Below are positions 1 through 8,862 of a stretch of 64,000 nucleotides of DNA, in pieces (the stretch's first letter is position 1; each line of letters opens with the position of its first letter). The position numbers and the translations under genes were made by a program. The notes beneath the pieces were generated by a model, which was given only the letters and a program-made list of their open reading frames with translations, did not search any database and had not been told where the DNA came from. The DNA is from Candidatus Latescibacterota bacterium. GTDB lineage: Bacteria > Latescibacterota > UBA2968 > GCA-2709665. Location: NCBI GenBank assembly GCA_965226795.1, contig CBDDDZ010000005.1:1632001-1696000 (forward strand). The letters are read 5' to 3'.

Positions 1-2
1 CC

Positions 3-1031
3 AAGACGGGACCCCAGCTCTTCTACCGCGTCGAACGACCGTTTCATCTGCTTGCGGTACATTCCGGGACGCATCGCTACAACCACGAATCTTCCCTCCG
101 GTTCCAGCTGTCGGGTTGCACCGTGTGTAAACAGCCTGGCCGTAGCCGTACCCTGGTGGGTGGGCGCATTGCACAGGATGAGATCAAAGGACCGTCCTGA
201 AGCGGCTTCGAAACCGTCGCTGAGGGCGACCCGGGCGTTCGTCAGCCGGCTGCGGGCGATGTTTCGCCTCGCGCATCGAACCGCCAGTAGGTCGGAATCC
301 AGCAGCAGAACCTCGCGCGCCCGTTGCCCGGCGGCGATGCCGACCGCTCCGTATCCGCATCCCAGGTCCAGCACGCGATCCTGCGCCTTGACGTCGGCCG
401 TTTCGATGAGAAATCGGGTGCCGGGGTCCAGACCGGCGCTGGAAAATACGCCTGCACACGACTCAAATTCGCTGGCTGATCCGCAAAGGTCGTTCACGAC
501 AAAGGAATGCACCGGGTTTACGGGATCCACGCCCGACTCGGGGCGCCGCTTGTAGGACCGATAGATCCGAAAGCCCGATTTTGCCGTCACCTTCTCAACA
601 CAGCCGAAAACCGCCTTCAACCGGTTCCGATAGCTCTTCACACCGGCATCCAGCCGTCCCGCCAGCAGCAACCGACCGTGAATCGCGGTTTTGTGAAACG
701 CTGCGTCGATCAGTTGGAACACACGCGCCTTGGCCTCCCACCGGGCGGGAGCGTAAAACCCGACGTCGAAACACGGACCGGTGACGTCCGCGGGCGAGGT
801 CTCGAGCCAGGCGCACGCATTGCCCAATGCCCTGCGCCGGATCATGTTTTCACATCGTCTCACGGCGCGCAGATCGGGACTCACGAAGTGGATCCCGCCG
901 GCACTCAGGTCAAGACCTACGGGAAGCCCGGCCATTCCGAGGTCCAGAACACGTTCGTGTGTCTGGACGGCCGCGGCCGCCAGCAACGCAGACGCTTCCC
1001 GACCCCGGGGTTTGCGCGATCTTCCGCTCAG
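3..1031 (-). CDS. Class I SAM-dependent methyltransferase, RsmC/RlmG-like (MTS domain); 3' end runs off the window
   Basis: Not in the ORF track. Manual translation gives GVFSSAGLDPGTRFL, VLDLGCGYGAVG and FDLILCNAPTHQG, plus a degenerate N-terminal copy (VLDLGMAG). The first codon after an in-frame TGA is CTG at 1031, with GGAGGG 5 nt upstream. Start uncertain. Confidence 0.8.
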   Translation of the reverse strand, partial: MSGRSRKPRGREASALLAAAAVQTHERVLDLGMAGLPVGLDLSAGGIHFVSPDLRAVRRCENMIRRRALGNACAWLETSPADVTGPCFDVGFYAPARWEAKARVFQLIDAAFHKTAIHGRLLLAGRLDAGVKSYRNRLKAVFGCVEKVTAKSGFRIYRSYKRRPESGVDPVNPVHSFVVNDLCGSASEFESCAGVFSSAGLDPGTRFLIETADVKAQDRVLDLGCGYGAVGIAAGQRAREVLLLDSDLLAVRCARRNIARSRLTNARVALSDGFEAASGRSFDLILCNAPTHQGTATARLFTHGATRQLEPEGRFVVVAMRPGMYRKQMKRSFDAVEELGSRL

Positions 1032-1360
1032 TCATTCCCTCCGTATTCGCTACACGACCTGAAATGGTGTCAGCCCCTGGCTATTGGCGGACAGACCGCC
1101 AATCCAATCCTCAGCAAGGACGCAAAACGCGAAAAACGTCCAGAAGCGATCCGTGGCCGGGTCGTCCTCTTGCGTTATGCCCCTCACCTCTCGCCAGAGG
1201 GGAGATGGGTATTGCGAGTTTCCTGGATACAGGTCCCTCACCGCTGTGCAGCGTCACCCCGCTGTGAAACGAACCGTTTTCACCTTCTTGGGTCCCTCGG
1301 ACCGGTGTTCTGACGACCTGACAACAATCGGTGGACCATTTATAGTTAGGCCAGACCGTC

Positions 1361-1693
1361 CAGATTGATACAGAGGAGGAAAGCCAATTACATAAGGGGA
1401 TCGGCCGATTGCGGGCGGGTCGGAAACAGCGAGAATTTCATGAGTGGGTCGAAGGGCACCTGAGCCTGCGATTCACAGGACGAATTCTGGACATCGATCG
1501 GGAAGTTTCCGTCCGATAGGGCGAGATTTCGACAGCGGGCGAAGCAGCCGGGCGGGCTGTGCCCGTGCTCCACGGTTTGCTGGAAGCGACCGCCATGATT
1601 TCAGGTCTGACACTCGTGACGCGAAACACGGACCACGTTCAGGAAACCGGCGTTCCTCTGTTCAATCACTGCCAGACGATTAACCTTCATTAG
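1361..1693 (+). pseudogene. vapC: Decayed VapC/FitB-like PIN-domain toxin
   Basis: Frame reads QIDTEEESQLHKGIGRL...FTGRILDIDREVSVR*GEI...VPVLHGLLEATAMISGLTLVTRNTDHVQETGVPLFN. In-frame TAG at 1517-1519 where Trp is usual. N-terminal LDT motif and start codon are missing. Confidence 0.8.
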
Positions 1694-1707
1694 TTTAGGC
1701 GACGATG

Positions 1708-2526
1708 TCACCCGCTGCGCTTCAGACGACCGGTCCGTTTGGCGTAGACCTCTGCAACATGAAAAATCCACAATCCCAGAGGGACCATGATTGCGCCTGA
1801 AACCGTTAGGATTATGAGGTCACCCTGCACATCGGCAACACTCGCGTTGTCCAACAGGGCCGTGCGGATGGATCGGAGTGCATAGGTCCCGGGCGAAACG
1901 GTCGATAGCGGCCGCAGCCAATCGGGAAGTACCGAAACATCGTAGTACACCCCGGAAATCAGGAGCACGAATGTGCCGAAAATATCGGTAGCCCGCGCGC
2001 CTTTCTCCGGTGAAAGAAGCGGAAATACGGCCGCCATAAGCCCCATCCCCAGGAATGAGATACTGGCCGTGGCCAGGACGGCAACCGCCGTGGTCAGATT
2101 CGCCTGTGAAAGGCTCAGATCGAAAAAAAACACCGCTGAAACGAGAACCACACCGGATCTGAGAAAGCCGTAAATGATCGCGTACACGCATTGACCCGCA
2201 AGGTGTGTCAGCCTGTAGACAGGTGCCATAAATGTGTATTCGATGGTCCCTTCCCAACGCTCCCATGCGATGGCGTCGGCCACTTCATAGAAAAGCAGGC
2301 GAAGAAAATTCCAAAGCACCGCACCTACGATAAGGAAAAGCACCGCCTCCCGCACTTTTTCCGGGTCGTTTCCGCCCATATATACACCGATTAACCCGAT
2401 GGTCAGCGCATGCACCACGTTCCAGACAACGAATATCAGTTCCCAGCTTGCATACCGCCTCGCCAGATTGAAATTCCGCTCTATAAACGCTACCGACGCC
2501 TTGATCTCGGCGGTCACCGAGTTCAT
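1708..2526 (-). CDS. ABC-2 type exporter permease
   Basis: About 6 hydrophobic segments and WERWEGTIEYTFMAP. ATG at 2526 overlaps the ATPase stop (ATGA). Confidence 0.9.
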   Translation of the reverse strand: MNSVTAEIKASVAFIERNFNLARRYASWELIFVVWNVVHALTIGLIGVYMGGNDPEKVREAVLFLIVGAVLWNFLRLLFYEVADAIAWERWEGTIEYTFMAPVYRLTHLAGQCVYAIIYGFLRSGVVLVSAVFFFDLSLSQANLTTAVAVLATASISFLGMGLMAAVFPLLSPEKGARATDIFGTFVLLISGVYYDVSVLPDWLRPLSTVSPGTYALRSIRTALLDNASVADVQGDLIILTVSGAIMVPLGLWIFHVAEVYAKRTGRLKRSG

Positions 2527-3386
2527 TCTCCGTCTCCTTCCGTTTCGTCCTCCAGATCGGCATGGGCAAGATCCATTCCCGTCATCTTGAAAAACACATC
2601 CTCCAGACTGCCCCCCACGCAGCAGGCGCGGACCTTCAGTTCTTCGACGGTGCCCATGGCGATAAGCCTGCCATGGTGGATAATCGAAACCCGGTTGCAC
2701 ACCCGTTCCGCCTCGTCCATGTCGTGGGTCGATAACAAAACCGTCGCTTCATGGCGTTCGCGAATCCCCATGACATAATCCTGCACCTGGCGCTTTGATA
2801 CCGGGTCCAATCCCGTCGTCGGCTCGTCCATCAGCAGTAGAACGGGCGACGTAAAAAGCGCTCGGGCCACTGCCACCTTCTGTTGCATTCCGCGAGAAAG
2901 GTCCTCCATAGGCTGGTCGACCCGGTCGTCTCCGAAACCCATTTCCGCCAGGATCGCCTCGGCCTTCCTGCGCCCCTCGCGCACCGGAACTCCGTACAAC
3001 CTGGCCGCGTAACTCAGGTTCTCCCACGCCGAGAGTTTCTTGAAAAAGGCCGCGTCCACGGACACCCGGTTTATGAGACGCTTCACCCGCATCGCATCCC
3101 GTTCGACGTGCAGCCCGAAAACGCGCGCCTCGCCGCTGTCGGGATAGACCAGGGTCGAGAGGATACGAATCAGTGTCGACTTTCCCGAGCCGTTCGGACC
3201 CAGAATACCGAAAATCTCCCCGCGTTGCACTTCAAACCCAACCCGGTCAACCGCCAGAATCTCCCTGCGACGGCGCCTGAAGCGGCCCAGGAATCCGTTC
3301 GTTCTGCCCGTCTCGTTGTCGGGCACCCGGAAGGCCTTGGTCAGATCCGTCGCCTGAACCGCAGGCGCGTCATAATCGATATCCAA
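2523..3386 (-). CDS. ABC-2 exporter ATP-binding protein (DrrA-like)
   Basis: Walker A GPNGSGKST, signature LSRGMQQK, Walker B LLMDEPT. Probable TTG start at 3386; the ORF extends to 3425. Confidence 0.9.
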   Translation of the reverse strand: MDIDYDAPAVQATDLTKAFRVPDNETGRTNGFLGRFRRRRREILAVDRVGFEVQRGEIFGILGPNGSGKSTLIRILSTLVYPDSGEARVFGLHVERDAMRVKRLINRVSVDAAFFKKLSAWENLSYAARLYGVPVREGRRKAEAILAEMGFGDDRVDQPMEDLSRGMQQKVAVARALFTSPVLLLMDEPTTGLDPVSKRQVQDYVMGIRERHEATVLLSTHDMDEAERVCNRVSIIHHGRLIAMGTVEELKVRACCVGGSLEDVFFKMTGMDLAHADLEDETEGDGE

Positions 3387-3525
3387 CGCGACTAGCCCTT
3401 TCCCAGCAGCGGCCGGAGTCCACACCCCAATTCTCCAACGCCGAACGGAGCCTGAATCGGATTTCTCCGGTTTCTACGGTGTCGACAGATGAGGAACAAT
3501 GCAGCCGCCGTGAATTTAAGGTTGG

Positions 3526-3556
3526 AAACAAATAAGGATGCGCCCTCACGCATCCT
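3526..3556 (-). terminator. Intrinsic terminator or attenuator hairpin upstream of the ABC-2 genes
   Basis: AGGATGCG-tgaggg-CGCATCCT (8-bp stem) followed by TATTTGTTT on the minus strand. Confidence 0.6.
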
Positions 3557-3575
3557 GGTAAGTACCGGCGTTACG

Positions 3576-3602
3576 TCATCCGTAACATCCGAACCGCTCC
3601 AT
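3576..3602 (-). CDS. Putative leader peptide MERFGCYG
   Basis: GAGGG 5 nt before ATG; 8 codons; stop lies 20 nt before the terminator hairpin. Confidence 0.3.
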   Translation of the reverse strand: MERFGCYG

Positions 3603-3753
3603 GTACGCCCTCAGAATCCCATATTTTTTTTGTAGGCATCGCCTTCTCCGGCGGGGAACGCCAATTGCCCCCCGGTCGACGACGCACGGCGGACACCCCG
3701 ACACGCAGGTGATATACCCATCCGTACGCCGACCCGGCAACGCACTTGCGCGC

Positions 3754-4191
3754 TCAGCGTCCTTTCTGCCCATCGTAGGAATTCTGTTCCGTGACTTCCG
3801 TTGATACCGGCAATCCCGAATCTCGCCATCCGGAAATCTCCACCATCCCTGTTCCGGGATTAACCTTACCCCCGAAGCCTCCGACAACATTTGCAACATT
3901 CGTGTACCCGGCCTTATCCAGCATCTCAGCCGCGTATTGTGAACGGATACCCGACTGGCAGCCACAGTAGATTCTTGTCTCCCTGTTCAGCACGCGTTCC
4001 ACCACGGCCTGAAAATCCGGGTTGGGCATCATGCCACCGGCCGGACTTTGAAAAGCCACCGGAATATTGATTGCGCCCTCGGGGTGCCCATGGGCGAATT
4101 CCGACTCCGTCCGCACATCGAGATAAACCGCATCTGCGTCGCCGTCCATTCCCGCGTGCGCATCAGCGGGCAATAGCTGCTCAATTGGCAT
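3754..4191 (-). CDS. Rhodanese-like domain protein
   Basis: YLDVRTESEFAHGHPEGAINIP and active loop CQSGIRS. Confidence 0.9.
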   Translation of the reverse strand: MPIEQLLPADAHAGMDGDADAVYLDVRTESEFAHGHPEGAINIPVAFQSPAGGMMPNPDFQAVVERVLNRETRIYCGCQSGIRSQYAAEMLDKAGYTNVANVVGGFGGKVNPGTGMVEISGWRDSGLPVSTEVTEQNSYDGQKGR

Positions 4192-4340
4192 ATATGAACC
4201 CTCCCGCAATCCTCGTCTAGGGCCGCACCCAGGGCGCCCGATCAAAGCCGTCGTGGCGCTCGGACGCGCCTCACGATCCTGTGGGTTTCGGCTACGTCAA
4301 ATATAGGCCGTTCTACCCCGTACCGCAAGTATCTCCAGCC

Positions 4341-6248
4341 TTAACCGTCGAAATCCCGGAGGTCCACCTGGCAGACCTCGAATCCGGCGGCATAATACAG
4401 CGTGCGGTCTACGATGCGTAAGTATTCTCCCTCACCCTCGATCAACGGCGTGAATTCAACCTCGTGATCGAACACCTGCATCCGACCGATCTTTCCACAG
4501 GCGCACGTCCACAACCGGCCTGTTGCCTCATCCGTAGCCACCTCCCGGCAACCCCGCGGCGCCGGACCCAAATCGCGCAGACCGCCCGTTTGGGCATTCC
4601 ACGCGTAGAAGCGGGTCCGCTGGAGCGCAAGCACCTCACCCGACGACAGGACGGCCATCACCCGGGCAGCGCCTTCCCCTTCTTCAATGGCCTGGGTACG
4701 GGTGACTTCCAGCCTGTCCATATCGAATGCCACGAGCTGTCCGGTCGTCTGCGTGGGCGGCGCGGAGTTCGCATCGGCATAGATTTCAGTTGAACAGTAG
4801 ACCCGACGTCGCTGCGTGTCGGCCACCACGGCATTAACTTTCTGATCCGGCACCAGATGTCGCCAGATACGGATATCACCGGTCCGCGGATCGATCCGGC
4901 TGAGGGCGCCGCCCAGATGCCCATACTCCGGACTGGTGGACATCCAGACGTACCTCCCGTCGTGCACGAGCCCCGTGGGTCTCATCTGTCCTTCCTGTTG
5001 CGCGCTGGCCAGTACATGCGGGTTGCGAGGCCAGTCCAAAGGCGCCGCGGGATCGAAGGCGGTTACCGACGACGTCGTATAGCTGCTCTGAAGCACACGC
5101 TGCGTGATCGGCTCCCAGATGATCTGGTTGATCTGCCCCCCGCCCGGCGCCGCACGTCCGCAGTCCCTTCCTTCTTCCGTTTCCATGTCGATCATCCAGA
5201 AGCGCTGGTTGATGAACGGTGCGCCGAAAATCAGATTCCTTTGGGGAACGGGACAAAGCGCGTGCGCGCTCATCGGCCCTGTTGATTCCAGGTCCATCCG
5301 GTCCGTATGTCCCGTCCGTGTATCGAATCGCAGCGCTTCGCCGGATACGGTGACGCCGGACACCGTGGTTTCGCCCCACGGATGTAATGTTGTCGGTCCA
5401 CCCTCCGACCAACCCGCCGCCGCGACCTCCCATTTTTCCGCCTCGCGATCCAGCGCGTAAAGGCCCCCATCAGCAGCGCAGTACGCATAAAGACGGCCGT
5501 TCACAACACAGGCGCCTCCACCCAGACCCCCATGCTCGGGACGCGCGATCCTCTGTTTCAATCTAAAGCCCGGATACGCCATAAAATGGAGTTCGCCCCG
5601 CACAAAGGTCGCAAATGTCCTGTCGTCCCAGAAAAAAGCATCGGCCGTGGAACCCACGCCCTGGATGTTTTCAGGGGTGTGGGACCTTGCCGACATGGAC
5701 TCCACGTCCAGCAAAACCAGCCGCGCCTGCGGCACGTCGATTGCCAGAAGGACCCGACCGTCGGGGGCTTCCACCACACGATGGCCATAGAGCGCGGTCG
5801 GGTATTCGGTGTCGATGGGCCGAAAGACTTTCACCAGCCGCGACTCACGCCAGTCGTACACGCCCACGTGCCCGGGCGATGCCTCCCAGACCGCATACCG
5901 GTCCGTCACACAGCCGCCCCAAGTAATGGACGTCAGTTCGCCGGTTACCAGAATTTCAAAGCCATCGGAAACCGGATCGTACCGAATCAGATCCCCGTTC
6001 CCGCAGCCCAGATAGAGGCGGCCGTCGGCCGCGGTTCTCAACATGTATGCGCCCGGCACCCCATCGGGAAATTCCCGCATTCCCGTCGATCCGGTGTCCG
6101 GATTCCAGAAATAGATTCTTCCGCCCGAGCTTCCACCCCAGACGCTGCTCACCAGATGGACCTCTCCGAGAAACTGAACTCTTGCGACCTCGGCGTTAAC
6201 AAATGGCAAACGGCTATGGGGAATAGCATAGCGTTTAATGGAAGCCAT
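4341..6248 (-). CDS. Large beta-propeller protein of unknown function, no signal peptide
   Basis: Repeated beta-blade motifs (GRIYFWNPDTG, DLIRYDPVSD, GALSRIDPRTG, GQLVAFDMD); GGAGGGG SD. Confidence 0.7.
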   Translation of the reverse strand: MASIKRYAIPHSRLPFVNAEVARVQFLGEVHLVSSVWGGSSGGRIYFWNPDTGSTGMREFPDGVPGAYMLRTAADGRLYLGCGNGDLIRYDPVSDGFEILVTGELTSITWGGCVTDRYAVWEASPGHVGVYDWRESRLVKVFRPIDTEYPTALYGHRVVEAPDGRVLLAIDVPQARLVLLDVESMSARSHTPENIQGVGSTADAFFWDDRTFATFVRGELHFMAYPGFRLKQRIARPEHGGLGGGACVVNGRLYAYCAADGGLYALDREAEKWEVAAAGWSEGGPTTLHPWGETTVSGVTVSGEALRFDTRTGHTDRMDLESTGPMSAHALCPVPQRNLIFGAPFINQRFWMIDMETEEGRDCGRAAPGGGQINQIIWEPITQRVLQSSYTTSSVTAFDPAAPLDWPRNPHVLASAQQEGQMRPTGLVHDGRYVWMSTSPEYGHLGGALSRIDPRTGDIRIWRHLVPDQKVNAVVADTQRRRVYCSTEIYADANSAPPTQTTGQLVAFDMDRLEVTRTQAIEEGEGAARVMAVLSSGEVLALQRTRFYAWNAQTGGLRDLGPAPRGCREVATDEATGRLWTCACGKIGRMQVFDHEVEFTPLIEGEGEYLRIVDRTLYYAAGFEVCQVDLRDFDG

Positions 6249-6373
6249 CACCCCTCCGATCAATCATAAGACGTTGGTTGTAGCCTGCGAAAAATATCCC
6301 GAATTACGAGCAAAAAAAATTTGATCTCTGTAACCGACTGTGGTGTAATCTTCTAAAGGTTTTCCTTCTTGTG

Positions 6374-6991
6374 CTATTCGATATGCCTCCGCACTTCGAT
6401 GACCTTTCCCAGGATGGAAAACGGATCTCCATCTTCGCGGGGGATGATGGATTCGAAGGCTTCATTCTCGGGGCGCAGTTCGATACGCCCGCCTCTCTCG
6501 CGGTATCGTTTGACCGTCGCCTCCTCTCCCACCATGGCGACGACGATGTCTCCCGACCTGGCAGCCTGCTGTCGACGAACAATTACGATATCGCCGTGCA
6601 GGATGCCTGCCCTGAGCATACTGTCTCCCTGTACCGTGAGGGCGAAGAGTTCGCTGCCTTCGTAGCGGGACTGTTGCACCGGAAGATAGTCTTCCGGATT
6701 CTGTATGGCTGCAGACAGGTCTCCGGCCTGGACCCGGCCCAACACGGGGATCAGATGAGAGGATGGCACTCTCCCCATCTTCGGCAGCCGGTGGGACCTG
6801 GCCTTACCGGAATCCTTGACCAGCCTGCCCTCCAGAACCAGCGCCTCCAGATGCTGGCGAGCCGACTGAACCGCCCGGAATCCGAACGCTTTCTGCACCT
6901 CCCGCGTGCTGGGCGGGGTTCCATTGAGGATCCGCACCCTGACGAACTCATAGATCTTTTCCCGCGTCTGTCCGGGCGGCGTGTAAGCCAT
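6374..6991 (-). CDS. lexA: LexA repressor
   Basis: wHTH with PPSTREV, Ala-Gly cleavage site (VQAG), catalytic Ser (GDSM) and Lys (TVKR). Confidence 0.95.
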   Translation of the reverse strand: MAYTPPGQTREKIYEFVRVRILNGTPPSTREVQKAFGFRAVQSARQHLEALVLEGRLVKDSGKARSHRLPKMGRVPSSHLIPVLGRVQAGDLSAAIQNPEDYLPVQQSRYEGSELFALTVQGDSMLRAGILHGDIVIVRRQQAARSGDIVVAMVGEEATVKRYRERGGRIELRPENEAFESIIPREDGDPFSILGKVIEVRRHIE

Positions 6992-7055
6992 GGCGCGCTC
7001 CTCGAATCGTTCAACAATAGAGAAACGGCGTACAAGGAAAAATCATAGATAAAAA

Positions 7056-7078
7056 ACAGACAAATATCTGTCTTGTCA
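7056..7078 (-). promoter_or_regulatory. Candidate LexA operator beside a TTGACA -35 element
   Basis: ACAGACAAATATCTGTCT contains ACAGA-N6-TCTGT and AGACA-N6-TGTCT palindromes and abuts TTGACA (7073-7078, minus strand). The -10 is not clear. Confidence 0.5.
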
Positions 7079-7149
7079 AGGTTTTTCTGCGAGCGGGTAT
7101 ACGCGTGTGTGTCCTTCGGCGTGCTTGGAAAGATCGCGTTCTCCTTGCC

Positions 7150-7176
7150 GTGCCACAAACTGGCAGTTTGTGGCAC
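7150..7176. repeat. Perfect REP-like palindrome
   Basis: GTGCCACAAACTG-G-CAGTTTGTGGCAC, 13-bp arms. Confidence 0.7.
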
Positions 7177-7339
7177 AACCCCATCTTTGATTGTGTACCG
7201 GGCGCCGCGGCGGCGGTGGCGTTCCCGTTGATCGACGTATGGACGGGCAGGTTCCGTCCATTCCACCAGTCCATCTTCTCTGATGTTCACATTTCCAGGG
7301 TCAGTAAATAGCTGAAATTATATGGACAGATCTTCACGC

Positions 7340-7376
7340 AACAAGGGTTTACATCAAATCGACGTAAACCCTTGTT
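7340..7376. other. Stem-loop directly 3' of tRNA-Pro(CGG)
   Basis: AACAAGGGTTTAC-N11-GTAAACCCTTGTT. Confidence 0.7.
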
Positions 7377-7382
7377 TTATAA

Positions 7383-7459
7383 TGGTCGGGGCGCCCGGAT
7401 TCGAACCGGGGGCCTCCTGCTCCCGAAGCAGGCGCTCTACCGGGCTGAGCCACGCCCCG
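7383..7459 (-). tRNA. tRNA-Pro(CGG)
   Basis: Cloverleaf; anticodon arm CCTGC-TTCGGGA-GCAGG; GGTTCGAATCC; CCA end. Confidence 0.97.
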
Positions 7460-7587
7460 AATTCGACATTTAAAATACAAGAAAACGGTCCGGTGGCAAG
7501 GAAAAACTCCGAAACGACCGGGTAGCCGACAGTGTAAAATCGCCGACCGCGCTACCACAAGGGCAACCATACGGGTTGCCCTACAGT

Positions 7588-8514
7588 TCAACGGCGGAAC
7601 TCCGACAGCCGGTCCAAGACCAACACGATCGCGAAACCCAACAGGGCCAGTCCGACGGAGGCGGTCAATTCGCCATCAATTGTGCGGGGCAGGACGTTCA
7701 ATTGCACCAGTGGTGCGTCGACGGCAAGCGCCGAAACATCCTCCTTCCAGGGCCAGATCTTCCGCAAGGAACCGGCCATGAACCCTGTCAACGTTGCAAC
7801 GGTCAGATCATGGTGCCGCCTGAAAATCCAGACCAGAACGCGGGCGAAGCTCAGAATCCCGATGGCGGCACCCGCCGCAAACAAAACAATGGGGAAAAGG
7901 TCCCGGTTGTTCAATGCCGCCAGGAGATACTCGTACTTTCCGAGCAGCACCAGAATGAACGATCCGGAAATACCCGGCAGAATCATCGCGGATATGGCGA
8001 TAACGCCGCAGAGGAATAGAAACCACGCTGAATCCGGCGTCTTCAACGGCACGAGGCCGACAACGACATAGAATAGCAAACCCGCGGCGAATGCCACGGT
8101 CCAGGTCGGCCCACGCCACGCGACGACCCGTTTCCGCACGACAAAGACGGACGCTACAACCAGTCCGAAGAAGAATGCCCAGATCAATTCCGGTTTATAC
8201 TGGAGCATCCACTGAATTCCACGCGCCAGGGCGACCACAGCCAGCAGAATGCCAATAAGTACCGGGCTCAGAAAACGCCATGGAAACCTTTTCAGCGCCT
8301 TCCGGAATCTGAGTGCAAGCAGCAGTCTGACGAAGCCGCGATCGATGGAATGGATCGCGTAAATCAGCTCCTCGTAAATTCCCGTAACGAAGGCGATCGT
8401 CCCACCTGAAACTCCGGGAACCACATCCGCCGCCCCCATACACACCCCGCGCAGGCCGAGGCCCACGTAGTACTTCCAGCCCCGCCGCACGAATGTCGGT
8501 TCCGTACCTCCCAC
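7588..8514 (-). CDS. DUF368 family membrane protein (undecaprenyl-phosphate translocase family)
   Basis: MGAADVVPGVSGGTIAF and AMILPGISGSFIL repeats; GTG start with GGAGGG SD. Confidence 0.9.
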   Translation of the reverse strand: MGGTEPTFVRRGWKYYVGLGLRGVCMGAADVVPGVSGGTIAFVTGIYEELIYAIHSIDRGFVRLLLALRFRKALKRFPWRFLSPVLIGILLAVVALARGIQWMLQYKPELIWAFFFGLVVASVFVVRKRVVAWRGPTWTVAFAAGLLFYVVVGLVPLKTPDSAWFLFLCGVIAISAMILPGISGSFILVLLGKYEYLLAALNNRDLFPIVLFAAGAAIGILSFARVLVWIFRRHHDLTVATLTGFMAGSLRKIWPWKEDVSALAVDAPLVQLNVLPRTIDGELTASVGLALLGFAIVLVLDRLSEFRR

Positions 8515-8594
8515 GGTTTCAAACCCTCCCGAATTCTGCAGTTCCGATATCACTGTCCTGCCAACTCCGAGTATGCCGCAATGACCGCCACCCG

Positions 8595-8632
8595 AAAAAC
8601 AGGGACTCACGATTGACGCCGTAAGTCCCTGT
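8595..8632 (-). terminator. Terminator after tRNA-Pro(GGG)
   Basis: ACAGGGACTTACG-N8-CGTGAGTCCCTGT followed by a T-run. Confidence 0.75.
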
Positions 8633-8637
8633 CTGTA

Positions 8638-8714
8638 TGGTCGGAGCGACTGGATTTGAACCAGCGACCCCTATCACCCCAAGATAGTGCGCTACCGGGC
8701 TGCGCCACGCTCCG
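8638..8714 (-). tRNA. tRNA-Pro(GGG)
   Basis: Cloverleaf; anticodon arm CTATC-TTGGGGT-GATAG; GGTTCAAATCC; CCA end. Confidence 0.97.
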
Positions 8715-8742
8715 ATCTCAATTCGTCTCCCGCCGGAGCGAA

Positions 8743-8771
8743 AATCTAATGGGTCTTGCCATCGCCGTCAA
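8743..8771 (-). promoter_or_regulatory. Sigma-70 promoter for tRNA-Pro(GGG)
   Basis: TTGACG-N17-TAGATT. Confidence 0.6.
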
Positions 8772-8862
8772 GTGAAATGTTATCGGGGAAGACCGGGCGC
8801 TCCGAACCGCATTCTCGCCGGCGACACGACAAACCTGAAGCGCCGAACCATTTGAGCGTATC

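Noticed and set aside
1210..1285. Cobalamin or SAM-I riboswitch
   Set aside because: Lacks the GGGAA/CCCCGC cobalamin core and the ATC...GAT SAM-I core; kept only as an unassigned structured region.
1517..1519. Pyrrolysine or stop read-through in vapC
   Set aside because: TAG is one substitution from the expected TGG, and the gene has other lesions.
6751..7290. 179-aa minus-strand ORF upstream of lexA
   Set aside because: It overlaps lexA out of frame, crosses its promoter and the palindrome, and has no recognisable domain.
1..7459. Genomic island integrated at tRNA-Pro(CGG)
   Set aside because: No integrase, no duplicated tRNA 3' end found, and the cargo is ordinary.
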